The position numbers were made by a program, and so were the translations under genes. A DNA stretch of 63,866 bases, filler included, from Octopus bimaculoides (lineage: Eukaryota): the NCBI RefSeq assembly GCF_001194135.2. It is 8 parts of 7 records of this genome, joined end to end, with 100 filler letters (N's around TTAATTAATTAA, not from the genome) between each part and the next. Parts side by side here need not be neighbours in the genome. Positions count along the whole stretch, not along the records: positions 51,553 to 62,053 come from NC_069002.1; positions 62,154 to 63,866 come from NC_068982.1; 6 more parts are not named here. One strand, 5' to 3'. Position 1 is the stretch's first letter, and every line of letters starts with the position of its first letter. The notes under the pieces are model-generated. The model saw only the letters and a list, made by a program, of their open reading frames with translations. It was not told the origin of the DNA and searched no databases. This document shows positions 52,296 through 63,866 of this stretch, piece by piece.

Positions 52296-52830
52296 AGCCT
52301 AATATTTTTTCTACTCTAAGCACAAGGCCCGAAATTTGTGGGGAGGAGGCCAGTCGGTTAGATCGACCTTATGTGTGCAACTGGTACTTAATTTATCGGC
52401 CCCGAAAGGATGGAAGGCAAAGTCGACCTCGGTGGAATTTGAACTCAGAACATAAAGACAAAGGAAATAACACTAAGAATTTGGCCCAGCGTGCTAACGT
52501 TTCTTATTTCTTTATAGCCCACAAGGGGCTAAGCATAGAGAGGACAAACAAGGACAGACAAAGACATTAAGTCAATTACATCGACCCCAGTGCGTAACTA
52601 GTACTTAATTTATCGACCCCGAAAGGATGAAAAGCGAAGTTGACCCCGGCGGAATTTTTGAACTTGGAACGTAAAGACAGACGAAATACCGTAAAGCATT
52701 TCGCCCGGCGTGCTAACGTTTCTGCCAGCTCGCTGCCTTACTCTTTCAGCCTAATATTCTTTTCTATTCTAGGCACAAGGCCCGAACTTTTGGGGGAGGA
52801 GGCCAGTCGATTAGATTGACCTTATGTGCG
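52296..52830 (+). repeat. Tandem cluster of 3-4 partial copies of a ~200-bp interspersed repeat (gaaaggatgaaaggcaaagtcgacc family)
   Basis: Repeated segments at 52310, 52505, 52560 and 52750. Dispersed copies lie near 2300-2500, 2570-2680, 25100-25310, 29270-29470, 43850-43980, 45010-45170, 46510-46630 and 48260-48500. Confidence 0.8.
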
Positions 52831-53457
52831 CCTAATATTAGTTATGAATTGATACTAGCTTTCTTTTTTAACTAGTTTCTGTCACCTGACTGAGGTCATG
52901 CTGTAGTGCTGCTTTTGAGCACTCAGTTGAACAACCCGGCGCCAGCATTTATTCTTAAGTTTGATACCCACGTCTGCGTCTATGATTTTACGCTCATCCT
53001 TTTTAGAATTATCTCAGACATTCAGACTTTACAATATTTCATCGTACTTCGAATTTATCACATAAAATCTGATTTATAAGCTACATTAGTATTTTCTAAA
53101 TCTCAAATAATAGTTTTATAAAATACAACAGTTTTATTACTGAATGTAAAATGTATATTTCAAATTGTATAAATAACGTCATGTGTCTAAGAGAGAATTG
53201 TTAATAATTGAAGCTAACCAATGCATTGAATCGATTTTAACAAAACCTATGTAAGAAGCATCAAAGAATTGTCTTGTAATAAAATCGTTTTTATGTGAAT
53301 TCTTGAAATTTAAGCAATATTTATGGCCGTGGCATCTGTTTGTTCAACCAATTCTAAAATTTCTAATTTTGTCTGTGTTTTTATCTGTCTGTCCATCGAT
53401 TAGCTATCTGTCAATCTTTCACATACACTCCTCTCTATAAAGATATATATATATATA

Positions 53458-53489
<32 letters not shown>

Positions 53490-54349
53490 NNNNNNNNNNN
53501 NNNNNNNNNNNNNNNNNNNNNNNNNNNNNNNNNNNNNNNNNNNNNNNNNNNNNNNNNNNNNNNNNNNNNNNNNNNNNNNNNNNNNNNNNNNNNNNNNNNN
53601 NNNNNNNNNNNNNNNNNNNNNNNNNNNNNNNNNNNNNNNNNNNNNNNNNNNNNNNNNNNNNNNNNNNNNNNNNNNNNNNNNNNNNNNNNNNNNNNNNNNN
53701 NNNNNNNNNNNNNNNNNNNNNNNNNNNNNNNNNNNNNNNNNNNNNNNNNNNNNNNNNNNNNNNNNNNNNNNNNNNNNNNNNNNNNNNNNNNNNNNNNNNN
53801 NNNNNNNNNNNNNNNNNNNNNNNNNNNNNNNNNNNNNNNNNNNNNNNNNNNNNNNNNNNNNNNNNNNNNNNNNNNNNNNNNNNNNNNNNNNNNNNNNNNN
53901 NNNNNNNNNNNNNNNNNNNNNNNNNNNNNNNNNNNNNNNNNNNNNNNNNNNNNNNNNNNNNNNNNNNNNNNNNNNNNNNNNNNNNNNNNNNNNNNNNNNN
54001 NNNNNNNNNNNNNNNNNNNNNNNNNNNNNNNNNNNNNNNNNNNNNNNNNNNCCGATCTACATTAATATATTTATCTACACATTTGCATATCCATCTAATT
54101 AATTATTTTCGGATTTAGCAAAGTATTAAATATAATTTATTTTATGTCTGTGTAATTATATGTAAATTTGTGCACATTCTTAAGCAACTTCTAGACTGTA
54201 TTACGAACTGACAAAATGAGTGGAGGATCGGATAGAACGACACAATGTTTTTGTTTCGATGCCCTGCACTCCGAGTTCAAATCCTTCTTTGGTCTGCGTC
54301 ACGTTTTATTCTCCCGTGAGTCATAAAATAAAATCCCAGTTCAGCGATG

Positions 54350-54458
54350 GATTTAATTTTCTCTCTATTCTTCCTTTCTTTGTCTTTCTCTCTATCTCAC
54401 TCGTCCTGTCTGTCTCTCTCTCTCTTTCTCTCTCTGTTTCGCTCTCTCTCTCTCTCTC

Positions 54459-54495
<37 letters not shown>

Positions 54496-54675
54496 GTTTC
54501 GCTCTCTCTCTCTCTCTGTTTCGCTCTCTCTCTCTCTCTCTCTCTGTTTCACTCTTGCTCTCTCTTTTCTTCATCCCATGTTCCACATTCTCTCTTCCTC
54601 GCGCTCTCTCTTTCCATCTCCCTCTCTCACTCCCTCTCTCTCTCTCTCTCTCTCTCCCTGCTTTTTCTCTTTAAG
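54350..54675 (+). repeat. Long (CT)n-rich polypyrimidine tract
   Basis: Directly visible. A comparable polypurine tract lies at 63120-63420. Confidence 0.9.
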
Positions 54676-54679
54676 TCAG

Positions 54680-54739
54680 ATCTTTTGCGATACGAAGAGT
54701 TGAAGCTGACAACTAACAATGTACTGGAAACGATAAATG
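54680..54739 (+). CDS. Candidate 60-nt exon (xLLRYEELKLTTNNVLETIN), unassigned
   Basis: Follows a ~320-nt pyrimidine tract and a TTAAG/TCAG tandem acceptor; donor G|GTAAAA; phase 1-1 with protein-like composition. The alternative start 54676 gives phase 0-1. Confidence 0.35.
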
Positions 54740-55249
54740 GTAAAAAAACAAATTCCCATTAAAAACTAACTACATTTTCCTCAAAGAAATAAATCAGGTA
54801 ATNNNNNNNNNNNNNNNNNNNNNNNNNNNNNNNNNNNNNNNNNNNNNNNNNNNNNNNNNNNNNNNNNNNNNNNNNNNNNNNNNNNNNNNNNNNNNNNNNN
54901 NNNNNNNNNNNNNNNNNNNNNNNNNNNNNNNNNNNNNNNNNNNNNNNNNNNNNNNNNNNNNNNNNNNNNNNNNNNNNNNNNNNNNNNNNNNNNNNNNNNN
55001 NNNNNNNNNNNNNNNNNNNNNNNNNNNNNNNNNNNNNNNNNNNNNNNNNNNNNNNNNNNNNNNNNNNNNNNNNNNNNNNNNNNNNNNNNNNNNNNNNNNN
55101 NNNNNNNNNNNNNNNNNNNNNNNNNNNNNNNNNNNNNNNNNNNNNNNNNNNNNNNNNNNNNNNNNNNNNNNNNNNNNNNNNNNNNNNNNNNNNNNNNNNN
55201 NNNNNNNNNNNNNNNNNNNNNNNNNNNNNNNNNNNNNTGTGTGTGTGTG

Positions 55250-55284
<35 letters not shown>

Positions 55285-57429
55285 GTGTCTGTATGTGTGT
55301 GTGTTTTTATGTTTGTGTGTTTATATGCGTGTGTGTGTCTGTATGTGTGTGTGTTTTTATGTTTGTGTGTTTGTGTGTGTGTTTGTTTGTGTGTGTGAGC
55401 GCGCGGGCATGTGTATGTCTATATGTCTATAGGTATGTTTGCAATTGTGCATCATTGAGGCCCTACAAAGGCACAAACACATTTAGGAAAGGTACTCGTT
55501 TTGTACGAGCGTTTATCTCTATTATCCGATGACATACATGTGTCTGTTTTAGGTAATCCCATTTGTCATCTCATCCTCTGATAGTAAAACGATACAAGAG
55601 TGGTAACGTGTGCAGATCTAACCATTTGAAAGCGAACATGTTAGAACTTCTGCTTCAAACTATTCCGATCGGCAACGGGCCTGACTAGTCATCTGAGAGG
55701 TCATGGATGTAAAGTCAGAAATGCAATCGATAATGAGAAGGCACAAGGAGACGGCAATCAGCTGTAATGATGGAGGAATTGCCATGCATGTATGTATTGT
55801 GAAGTCGCGTGGGTTAGTGGTTACTGTAATCGGCTCATGGTCGTAAGATCATGAGTTCGATACCCGATAGCATGTTGTGTCCTCGAACGAGACACCTTAT
55901 TTCACCTTGCTCCAGTCCACTCAACTGGCAGAAATGATTAGTACCTGTAGGTCAAAGGGCCAGCCTTGTTACATTCTGTATCATGCTGAATCTCTCTAAG
56001 AACTACGTAGGGGTTACGCGAGCGTGTGTATATGTGTCTGTGGAGTGCTCAGCCACTTGCACGTTAATTTCACGAGCAGGCTGTTCCGTTGATCGGATCA
56101 ACTGGAACCCAATATGTATGTACTGTATATTTTTGATATGAAGAGAGAATTTGTTTTTGATTTAATTAATTTTAATTCACAACGCTAGTGTTTTACAAAA
56201 TACAAGATGTGAGTTCAGCTTCCTCTAAAATAGATCACTCTGTATTGAATCTTTTTCTTTTGTATTGAACCTTTTCTTTTCTCCTTCTGAAGTACACAAA
56301 TTTATAATGTGAGAATGAAAACAACAGAGAAGACTGGGAAGGAGAGGCCAGGAAATGAGAATTCTGTAAATATATTGTTTGGATTGGATAGAATAAGGTG
56401 AATTTAAATGGAAGAAAACTATATTCTCTCGGCTCCGAACAATTTTAAAATACAATAGATTTTAATCACAGCTACAGTGTTTTCATTGTGGTTGTTGTTC
56501 TTGTTTTTCTCTTTTTTTCTTCATTTTATTTAATTAACAACGAATGGCTGTGGCATTTAAGAAATCTTAATTTTTATTTAATGGAATTTAAATGGAAAAT
56601 TCCATGTCGTCTTTATGCTATACACTACTTAGACGAAATATTTTCTTGAACGAAAATACTCGAGTAAAGGATGCAGACATTTCCCTTTGTCAAGATCTAA
56701 GTGTGATACAAGATTACAAAATAATTATTGTGACGTAAATCTTGTATTTAGTTTATTTGTCACGAAAAAATTTTAATTACTAAACCTCAGGCATTAATAT
56801 TGATTGGAACACAACACAAAATGTTATAAACTGTTTATTTTTTAATCAACCTAAAAAAAAAAACCATTCAACCAGTTCTAAAGGACTTCATTAGGAAAAA
56901 AAAATCAAAGAATCACACGTTCCTAAGCAACTAAATGTGAAATATTTAATTACAAAGAATTTTAATTAATTTTTTTTTATAAGAAATACAATGGTTAACC
57001 TCAAATTAAATTGTTGAACTAAAATCTCTGATAGTATTGGAAAAGCTAGAGAGGGCAAGTGCTGAGTGTTGAAAAGTGAAGTTTACATGCAACTACATAC
57101 ACACAAACACTCACATATACGTTTATGAATCTGTATGTATGTGTGTGTAAGTGTGTGTGCGTGTGCGCGTGCGCGTAAGTACATGTGTGCATGTGTATGT
57201 GAGCGTTCGCTCGTTTTTCGCTGACTTTCGTAGCAGTAGAGTCGGTCAAACAGTGGTTAAATGATAAATGAGTAACACCGATGGCTAGGTCAGCCTTCTC
57301 TTCCTTCTCTGCGGCGAATTTTATTTTACTGAGTAAGTTTCTATGCTTAATTGCCATTACATAGTCTCGTAAAGCAGTTATCAAAAGCAAGGTACATGCT
57401 ACAGAGTCGAGTCAGCCTGTTGCTACTCC

Positions 57430-57720
57430 GAATTTCGTCTGTGTACTCGGACGGTGGTAAGAAGTAAGGTAAAGGAAAACTCGTGCGAGAAAACAACATT
57501 CTTCCACTACTCTATGGACCAATTCTGTCGATTTTTACTCCATTCTAAACGCTTTGCAACGCTTGTTTTTGAAAGTAGAGGTCTTCTGATTGCAGCCCTC
57601 CCGTGAAATCCGGCTTTGAGCAGCTCCCGGCGAAAAGTTTTTGTGGAAACTGGGTTCTCGAGGTGGTCATTAAGCTGTCCAGTAATTTTGGGAGTTTTAC
57701 TTTTTTAATACCTTCTATTT
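57430..57720 (-). mobile_element. Fragment of the same Tc1 family
   Basis: Collinear similarity to 37640-37900 (acattcttccact, ctaaacgctttgca, ctgattgcagccctc, ggaaactgggtt). Confidence 0.8.
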
Positions 57721-57894
57721 TGTACAACACNNNNNNNNNNNNNNNNNNNNNNNNNNNNNNNNNNNNNNNNNNNNNNNNNNATATATATGATCTATAAACA
57801 TACGTAGACAGTATGCACATGCCTATACGAATTGCATAGCATAAGTTTTGAAACATTTTCAGGAGAGATATTTATAAATTTGAAGAAGTACTTT

Positions 57895-58160
57895 ACTCCA
57901 ATCTCCTTCAAAATAGAATCGTATGAGTCCAATACATTTGTTGTAGCGCTCCAACCACTTCGCGAGAGTTCTATGGGTATCCTCTCGAATGAAGATGCCC
58001 AGGACACTTGCCACACCCTAGAACTTCTCACTGTGATGAAAACGACGTTCTCTGATGTTCTCTCTCAACTTGAGGAACAGTCAAAAGTCACAGGTAAAAT
58101 CTGGACTTCAGGAAGGATGAGGGATAGTTTTGATGCCCAGGATGGCATTGAGGACTAGTT
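57895..58160 (-). mobile_element. mariner transposase C-terminal remnant
   Basis: PHPS*SPDFTCDF*LFLKLRENIRERRF...KWLERYNKCIG...YFEG matches the mariner consensus HPPYSPDLAPCDFWLFPKLK...KWLERYxKCIxxxGxYFE. Confidence 0.8.
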
Positions 58161-59209
58161 TATTGTACTGTAGTCGGTGTCAATCTGTATTGAGTAGCGT
58201 GTGTTCACAGTGCTGTTAGAATCGTCTCCTGCAATCTAGAATAACCAAATTTAACAGGTCAATTTAATAGACGTATAATAATGATATACTAAACTAATAC
58301 ATAGAATAATCTAGGACAGTTATAACTGCCTCTACTAAAAGTCTCAATACATCTGGAATGTACTTCACTTGTAATTTTGAAATCGTTGTATGTGATACCT
58401 ATAAACCTCTTATGAGAAATCCAATAACAATGCTGATGAAATAAAATATAGCTTCACCCTTTTATTTCTTAGCAGTTTTCTGACATTTTCGATCATAAAA
58501 AAAATCTTTTACAAATGCTGAATGATAATCAGAAAAAAATTCTATGCCGAGAAACTTCAAAATTTTTAATGTTAGTTGCTGCAGTTTCCCAACCTAATCA
58601 GACGAGACGCCATTGTGCAGCTTTCTCGCCAATCCTCCGTTAGTTGAATAATGTCGTTTTATTTTTGAAGCATGCGAAAATGGATAAAAATATTACCTCT
58701 GATCTCCTGGCTTCTAGTAAAATGTATTTAAAATGTTTTATGGGGTATCTAAAAGTATTGTAATAATGAAAGTTAAACAGAGTAGAAACCACAAAACACT
58801 GAACTTCAATAAATCTAACTGGTAGCGGTTGGCAAGAACTCTGTAGAAAGCGGACTCGACTGGCAATTGGTTGGACAATGTACTGTTAATAATATTGAAG
58901 CTTGGAAGTTTTTCAACTGTCGACCTCTCGGCTACGGCAGAGACGGTTGTTTTTTTCTGTACATGATTCTACTTTTCAAAAGGCCATTTTGCGGTTGATA
59001 AATGACGAAGGAAAGAAAAGAGAAAATTAATAATTCTTTTTATTTCTTTCCATTTTTGCCATTCATTTTCAACTTTCTCTTACTTTCATTCTCTCTCATC
59101 CCCACTTTCTTTATCTATCTACCTATCTATATACGTAAATAAATATGTATATATGTGCATATGTATGTAACATAAATATATGTATTTATAGACAGAGTGT
59201 GTGTTTGTG

Positions 59210-59245
<36 letters not shown>

Positions 59246-60422
59246 CTATTTTTTTATTCTCTTGTTTCACTGATTTGACTGCGGTCATACTGGAGCACCG
59301 CCCTGAAGGGTGTTGGTCGAAGAAATCGCCCCCAGGACTTATTCTTTCTAAGCCTAGTACTTATTCTATCAGTCTCTTTACGGAACTGCTAGGTTTCAGG
59401 GATATAAACACACAGACATCGGTTGTCAAGCGATGACCGGGGTTCAAACACAGACGCAATCACACAAATATAAACAGGCGACATATTGATGAAAATTTGT
59501 AAATGTACAACTATCCAGATATCTGAGTAACTTATTATTTTTTCTAATATATAATTCCTGTACGTCACCTCCAAACCTTCTAATATATATATATATATGC
59601 ATATATATATATAGNNNNNNNNNNNNNNNNNNNNNNNNNNNNNNNNNNNNNNNNNNNNNNNNNNNNNNNNNNNNNNNNNNNNNNNNNNNNNNNNNNNNNN
59701 NNNNNNNNNNNNNNNNNNNNNNNNNNNNNNNNNNNNNNNNNNNNNNNNNNNNNNNNNNNNNNNNNNNNNNNNNNNNNNNNNNATATATATATATACTTGC
59801 ATTTGTGCGTCATTGTGGCCATACAATGACACAAAAGCATATACGAAGTAAATTCCAGATTTTGTTTTGAAATATTATATTCATTGCATGCAGCGGAGAA
59901 AAAAATTGAAACCGATTTCGACAAATCCGCTGTTTTTAAAAGCTTTCTTCGGTGAATAATGAGTCAATTACTCAATAGTCTCTTCTTTGATGAAAAATGC
60001 CATCAATATTAAAGTGCAAACGCGAGCATGAAGCCTCTTAAAACAATATAGCCCTTGGTTATTAGCTATTTGATCTTATTAATATGCCACATTGATAAAT
60101 ATGTATTCGTGTGTGGCTGTGCGCAGGCATGAATGTCTAGTTAATGTGACGTATATTTTTATAGATAGATATATATCTACATGTGTGTGTGCGTCTATAT
60201 ACATGCACAAACATGTAGATGCATTTATACATACGTTTATGTATGTATATGACCAAGAACTGTCTTTGATCTTTTTTATTGTGTCAGATTATTGAATAAG
60301 GGTTTCTCGTGTTTCCTAATTACTGCTTCATGTTCAGTATATAACCTTAATATTCCTATATTCATCACTCCGTTAACGTTTCATAACATACCTATTCTGA
60401 AGATCATAATGAAAGGATATAC

Positions 60423-60465
<43 letters not shown>

Positions 60466-60468
<3 letters not shown>

Positions 60469-60774
60469 TTATATAAGGGGCATTACTACAGAATAATAAT
60501 GCCACACACTGGACTTCTCAAAATAAAACAACACATTTTTTTAGTACCGAATGCGAGGAAACACAACCAACAATACTATGCTGACGAGCAGAGTCTAGAT
60601 TCATTCTAGTAATCGCGAAATCGGCCGATTCATAGTTGAGTTATTTAGAAGAAAGGTGATTTTCTTCTGTTGGTTGTGTTTCCTCGCATTCGGTACTAAA
60701 AAAATGTGTTGTTTTATTTTGAGAAGTCCAGTGTGTGGCATTATTATTCTGTAGTAATGCCCCTTATATAAATA
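60466..60774 (+). mobile_element. Hammerhead-bearing element with perfect 107-bp inverted arms (inverted partial pLTR of a Penelope-like element, or MITE-like)
   Basis: 60466-60572 is the exact reverse complement of 60668-60774, and the spacer holds the ribozyme. A homologous ribozyme-plus-arm unit lies at 7373-7574. Confidence 0.75.
60575..60636 (+). ncRNA. Type I hammerhead ribozyme motif, canonical core
   Basis: Stem I ACUAUG/CAUAGU; core CUGACGA; stem II G-C, C-G extended by CUAGA/UCUAG; GAA; palindromic stem III AUCGGCCGAU; cleavage triplet AUU at 60628-60630. Confidence 0.82.
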
Positions 60775-60970
60775 TAAACGTATAATTATATTCTTGGGAA
60801 TAGAAATTTCCCTTTCGAATTTTTTTACACTCTGGCTTCTTGATAACATTCTTGTAAAAGAGTTTTATCCCTTTTTGAATTTATATATGTATGTATGTAT
60901 GTATATGTATATGTATGTATGTATATAATATGCATGTATGTATGTATGCATGTATATCCTTATATTAGAA

Positions 60971-61039
<69 letters not shown>

Positions 61040-61633
61040 CTGGATGGGATTTTTGTCACTTTTCGCCTGCCAAATCCACTCGCAAGGCTCTGGTCGACCC
61101 AGGACGATAATGGACGACAATTGCCTAGAATTGCTATGCAAGGGGGACTGAACCTGAAACCATGTTGTTGGGAAGCAAATTACTTACCACACAACCACAC
61201 TTGACCTCTAAAAGTCGTATAAAAAAAATATTCTCACGTAGACATTTTCCAATATTTATAAAAGTTACAATTTTTCTATTCGTGTAGGTTTTTATGTAGC
61301 ACATGACCGCTTACGTCACTAATGTATTTTTATGAGTGACCTTCAACTAGATTTCTTTCGTTCCTTCCTGGCATTTCTTGACATGTAGCTGCAATATTAG
61401 AAGTTATTGTTGCTGCAGATGTTATCATATACCGACTGGGAGGCAGTTATCGCATGTCATCAGCGTTGTATCTAACAACGCTAACATTTAGTAAATTTAT
61501 GTTCAACATTTATTATTTCCACCATCATGAATATCATCCTATTGTCATCGTTTTGTAATACATCGTCATCGTCGTCGACGTTGTAGTTGTCGTCTTCGTC
61601 GTCGTCATCATCAGCATCATCATCACCACCATC

Positions 61634-61670
<37 letters not shown>

Positions 61671-62153
61671 CTGTCACCATCATCATCATCATTAGCAGTA
61701 GCAGCATTTGATATGTCATTAGCAGCCGTAACAACAGTACTGGCGGTTGCGACTACACTTTCACAGTTTTATCTTTCCTTACCATCTTAATCATACAAGC
61801 CGTATCGTCGTTCTTCAGTTCCCTCCCAGCCACACGCCTAACACATAAAAACTCATGCAATCAACATATACATACACATACATCATTTCTGTTGCTCACG
61901 CCATATTTTTTTTTTCTCTTTCTTGATCTCTCTGTCCATCCCGATTTATCTCTCTTCTTCTCTTCCCAGCTTCGTCAACCCATTCCTCCCACTTTCTCAC
62001 TGTATATGTGTGTGTATATACATAAGTATGTATATATATATATATATATATATNNNNNNNNNNNNNNNNNNNNNNNNNNNNNNNNNNNNNNNNNNNNTTA
62101 ATTAATTAANNNNNNNNNNNNNNNNNNNNNNNNNNNNNNNNNNNNNNNNNNNN

Positions 62154-62432
62154 GTTCGTAATACGGGTGACTAGGCTATAGCCAACACTGCCAGATATTT
62201 TGAGCATCTCTGCAGTGATTCCTGATGGGCCGGGGGCTTTCCCGGTCTTCATACTCTTAATTGCTTTATCTACCCTGGTACTATCAACTCGGATAGCTGG
62301 TCCCTCTATTGGGTCGACATAAGGCAGGCTCTCTTTCTCCCATTCATTCTCTTTATTAAGCAATCTATCGTAGTGGCATCTCCAGACCTCTTTCTTTGCA
62401 TCCTCATTTAATGCAAGCGTACCATCATCCAT
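62154..62432 (-). mobile_element. RTE-like LINE ORF2 fragment
   Basis: KEVWRCHYDRLLNKENEW...VDKAIKSMKTGKAPGPSGITAEMLK, an uninterrupted 93-aa segment running into a gap. Confidence 0.88.
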
Positions 62433-63639
62433 GCGAACACATTTCTCTCCTACAACATCACTATTCTCTCTCCTACACTGTCTTGCAACACGAAATACCT
62501 CGAGTACACGAAATACCTCTCACTCAATAATAATGTTGTTGATGATGATGATGATGATGATGATAGAAATAATGGTTTCAAATTTTGGTAAAAAGCCACC
62601 AGTTTCAGAGCAGGTAGGAAGATCACTACGTTTGATCCCAAGAATAAAAATGAAAGGTCCTGGGATTGACTTGTTCAACTAAAACCCTTCAAGGTGGTGC
62701 TGCAGCATGGCCACAGTCGAATGACTGAAACAAATAAAAGAATTAAAGAACATATTTATAGTTCAAATGTACGAAAAAAAAAACCCCCAAAAGACAGAGA
62801 CAGGTAGGGGAACATCAGACAAGGTATATTAGTTTGACACTCAGGGGAAATGGAAAAATCTTTGATGTTTCAAGCCTATGCTCTTTGATAGAAAGGAATG
62901 AGGAAAGAAAATGGAGAAAGGAAAAAAAGTGGAGAGGGAAAAAAATCGTATCTGGATTAAATGTTTCACATGCTGAAATGATCAGGAGGAGGAGGTTGAA
63001 TGGACAGGTTTATACAAAGTGTCTGGCCCCAAACCGTATTTTATACATTCCTCAACAGTATTTAAACTCAAGACAAAAAGAGATGCGACTAAATATTGTC
63101 AAGTGATTTGTCTACCATTAACAAAAAGGATAAAGAGAAAAGGAAAGGGGAAGAGGAAGAGGAGTAGGAAGTGGAGGAAGAAGAGAAAGAGTTAAAAAGG
63201 AGAGAGAGAGAGAGGGAGAGAGAATGAAAATAGGAAAGAGTAAGAGGAGAATGAATTGAAAGAGAATATGAAGAGAGAAAGCATAAGAAAGAAAAAGGTT
63301 AGATAGAAAGAAAGGAGAATGAGAGAAGGAAGAGGAAATGAGGAGAGAAGAGGAGGACAATGTAGAACAATTGGGGAGTGAAAAGAGAGATAGAAATAGA
63401 ATAAAAGAGAGAGCTGAGCATCTCTAATCTTGTGGGGTTGTAGATGCTGGTGGCACATAAAAAGCACCTAGTACACTCTGTAAAGTGGTTGATGTTAAGA
63501 AGGGCATCCAGCCATAGAAATCATGACAAATCAGACATGGAGCTTGAGCAGTGACTATTACATGGCACAGAAGTATTTTTAACTTCTATTTTTAGCGATG
63601 CATGTACTCATGTAGTACCCTTGTGTGTATATATATATC

Positions 63640-63866
63640 ATCATCATCATCATCGTTTAACGTCCGCTTTCCATGCTAGCATGGGTTGGACGATTTGACT
63701 GAGGACTGGTGAAACCGGATGGCAACACCAGGCTCCAGTCTGATTTGGCAGAGTTTCTACAGCTGGATGCCCTTCCTAACGCCAACCACTCAGAGAGTGT
63801 AGTGGGTGCTTTTACGTGTCACCCACACGAAAACGGCCACGGTCGAAATGGTGTCTTTTATGTGCC
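63640..63866 (-). repeat. Same (CAT)n-tailed family, truncated by the window end
   Basis: catcatcgtttaacgtccgctttccatgctagcatgggttg... collinear with 49715-49890. Confidence 0.85.

Noticed and set aside
57200-57390. LITALRDYVMAIKHRNLLSKI...EKADLA as an RNase H fragment
   Set aside because: The resemblance is vague, with no catalytic motif identifiable.
57832-58158. 108-aa plus-strand ORF
   Set aside because: It is the antisense shadow of the mariner transposase remnant.

Overview
AT-rich, gap-ridden eukaryotic genomic DNA, mostly intronic or intergenic. The dense (CA)n/(TA)n/(TATC)n microsatellites, repeated tRNA-headed SINE families, (CAT)n-tailed RTE ends and the N-flanked TTAATTAATTAA scaffold spacer suggest an octopus assembly (inference). 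Two minus-strand protein-coding loci are recognisable. The first is a GCN2/EIF2AK4-like kinase (27-nt microexon DEARFLYIQ spliced to MEYCEKKTLR...WRLFREIV...IHGQ, plus kinase-insert exon candidates at 16.4-16.8 kb). The second is a 228-nt exon encoding a BPL_N (class I glutamine amidotransferase-like) domain at 50.4-50.6 kb, which the ORF track missed. Transposon remnants include Merlin, Tc1, mariner-superfamily, piggyBac-type MITE, CR1-like, Tx1-like and RTE-like elements. The most notable signal is a set of hammerhead ribozyme motifs from four different short repeat families with Penelope-like or retrozyme character. Two of them have fully canonical cores and covarying stems (7373-7433 and 60575-60636), and the second lies in the loop of a perfect 107-bp inverted repeat. 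Three similarly spaced, same-phase exon candidates in the kinase insert may be mutually exclusive. All alignments and folds were done by eye; no database search or folding program was run.
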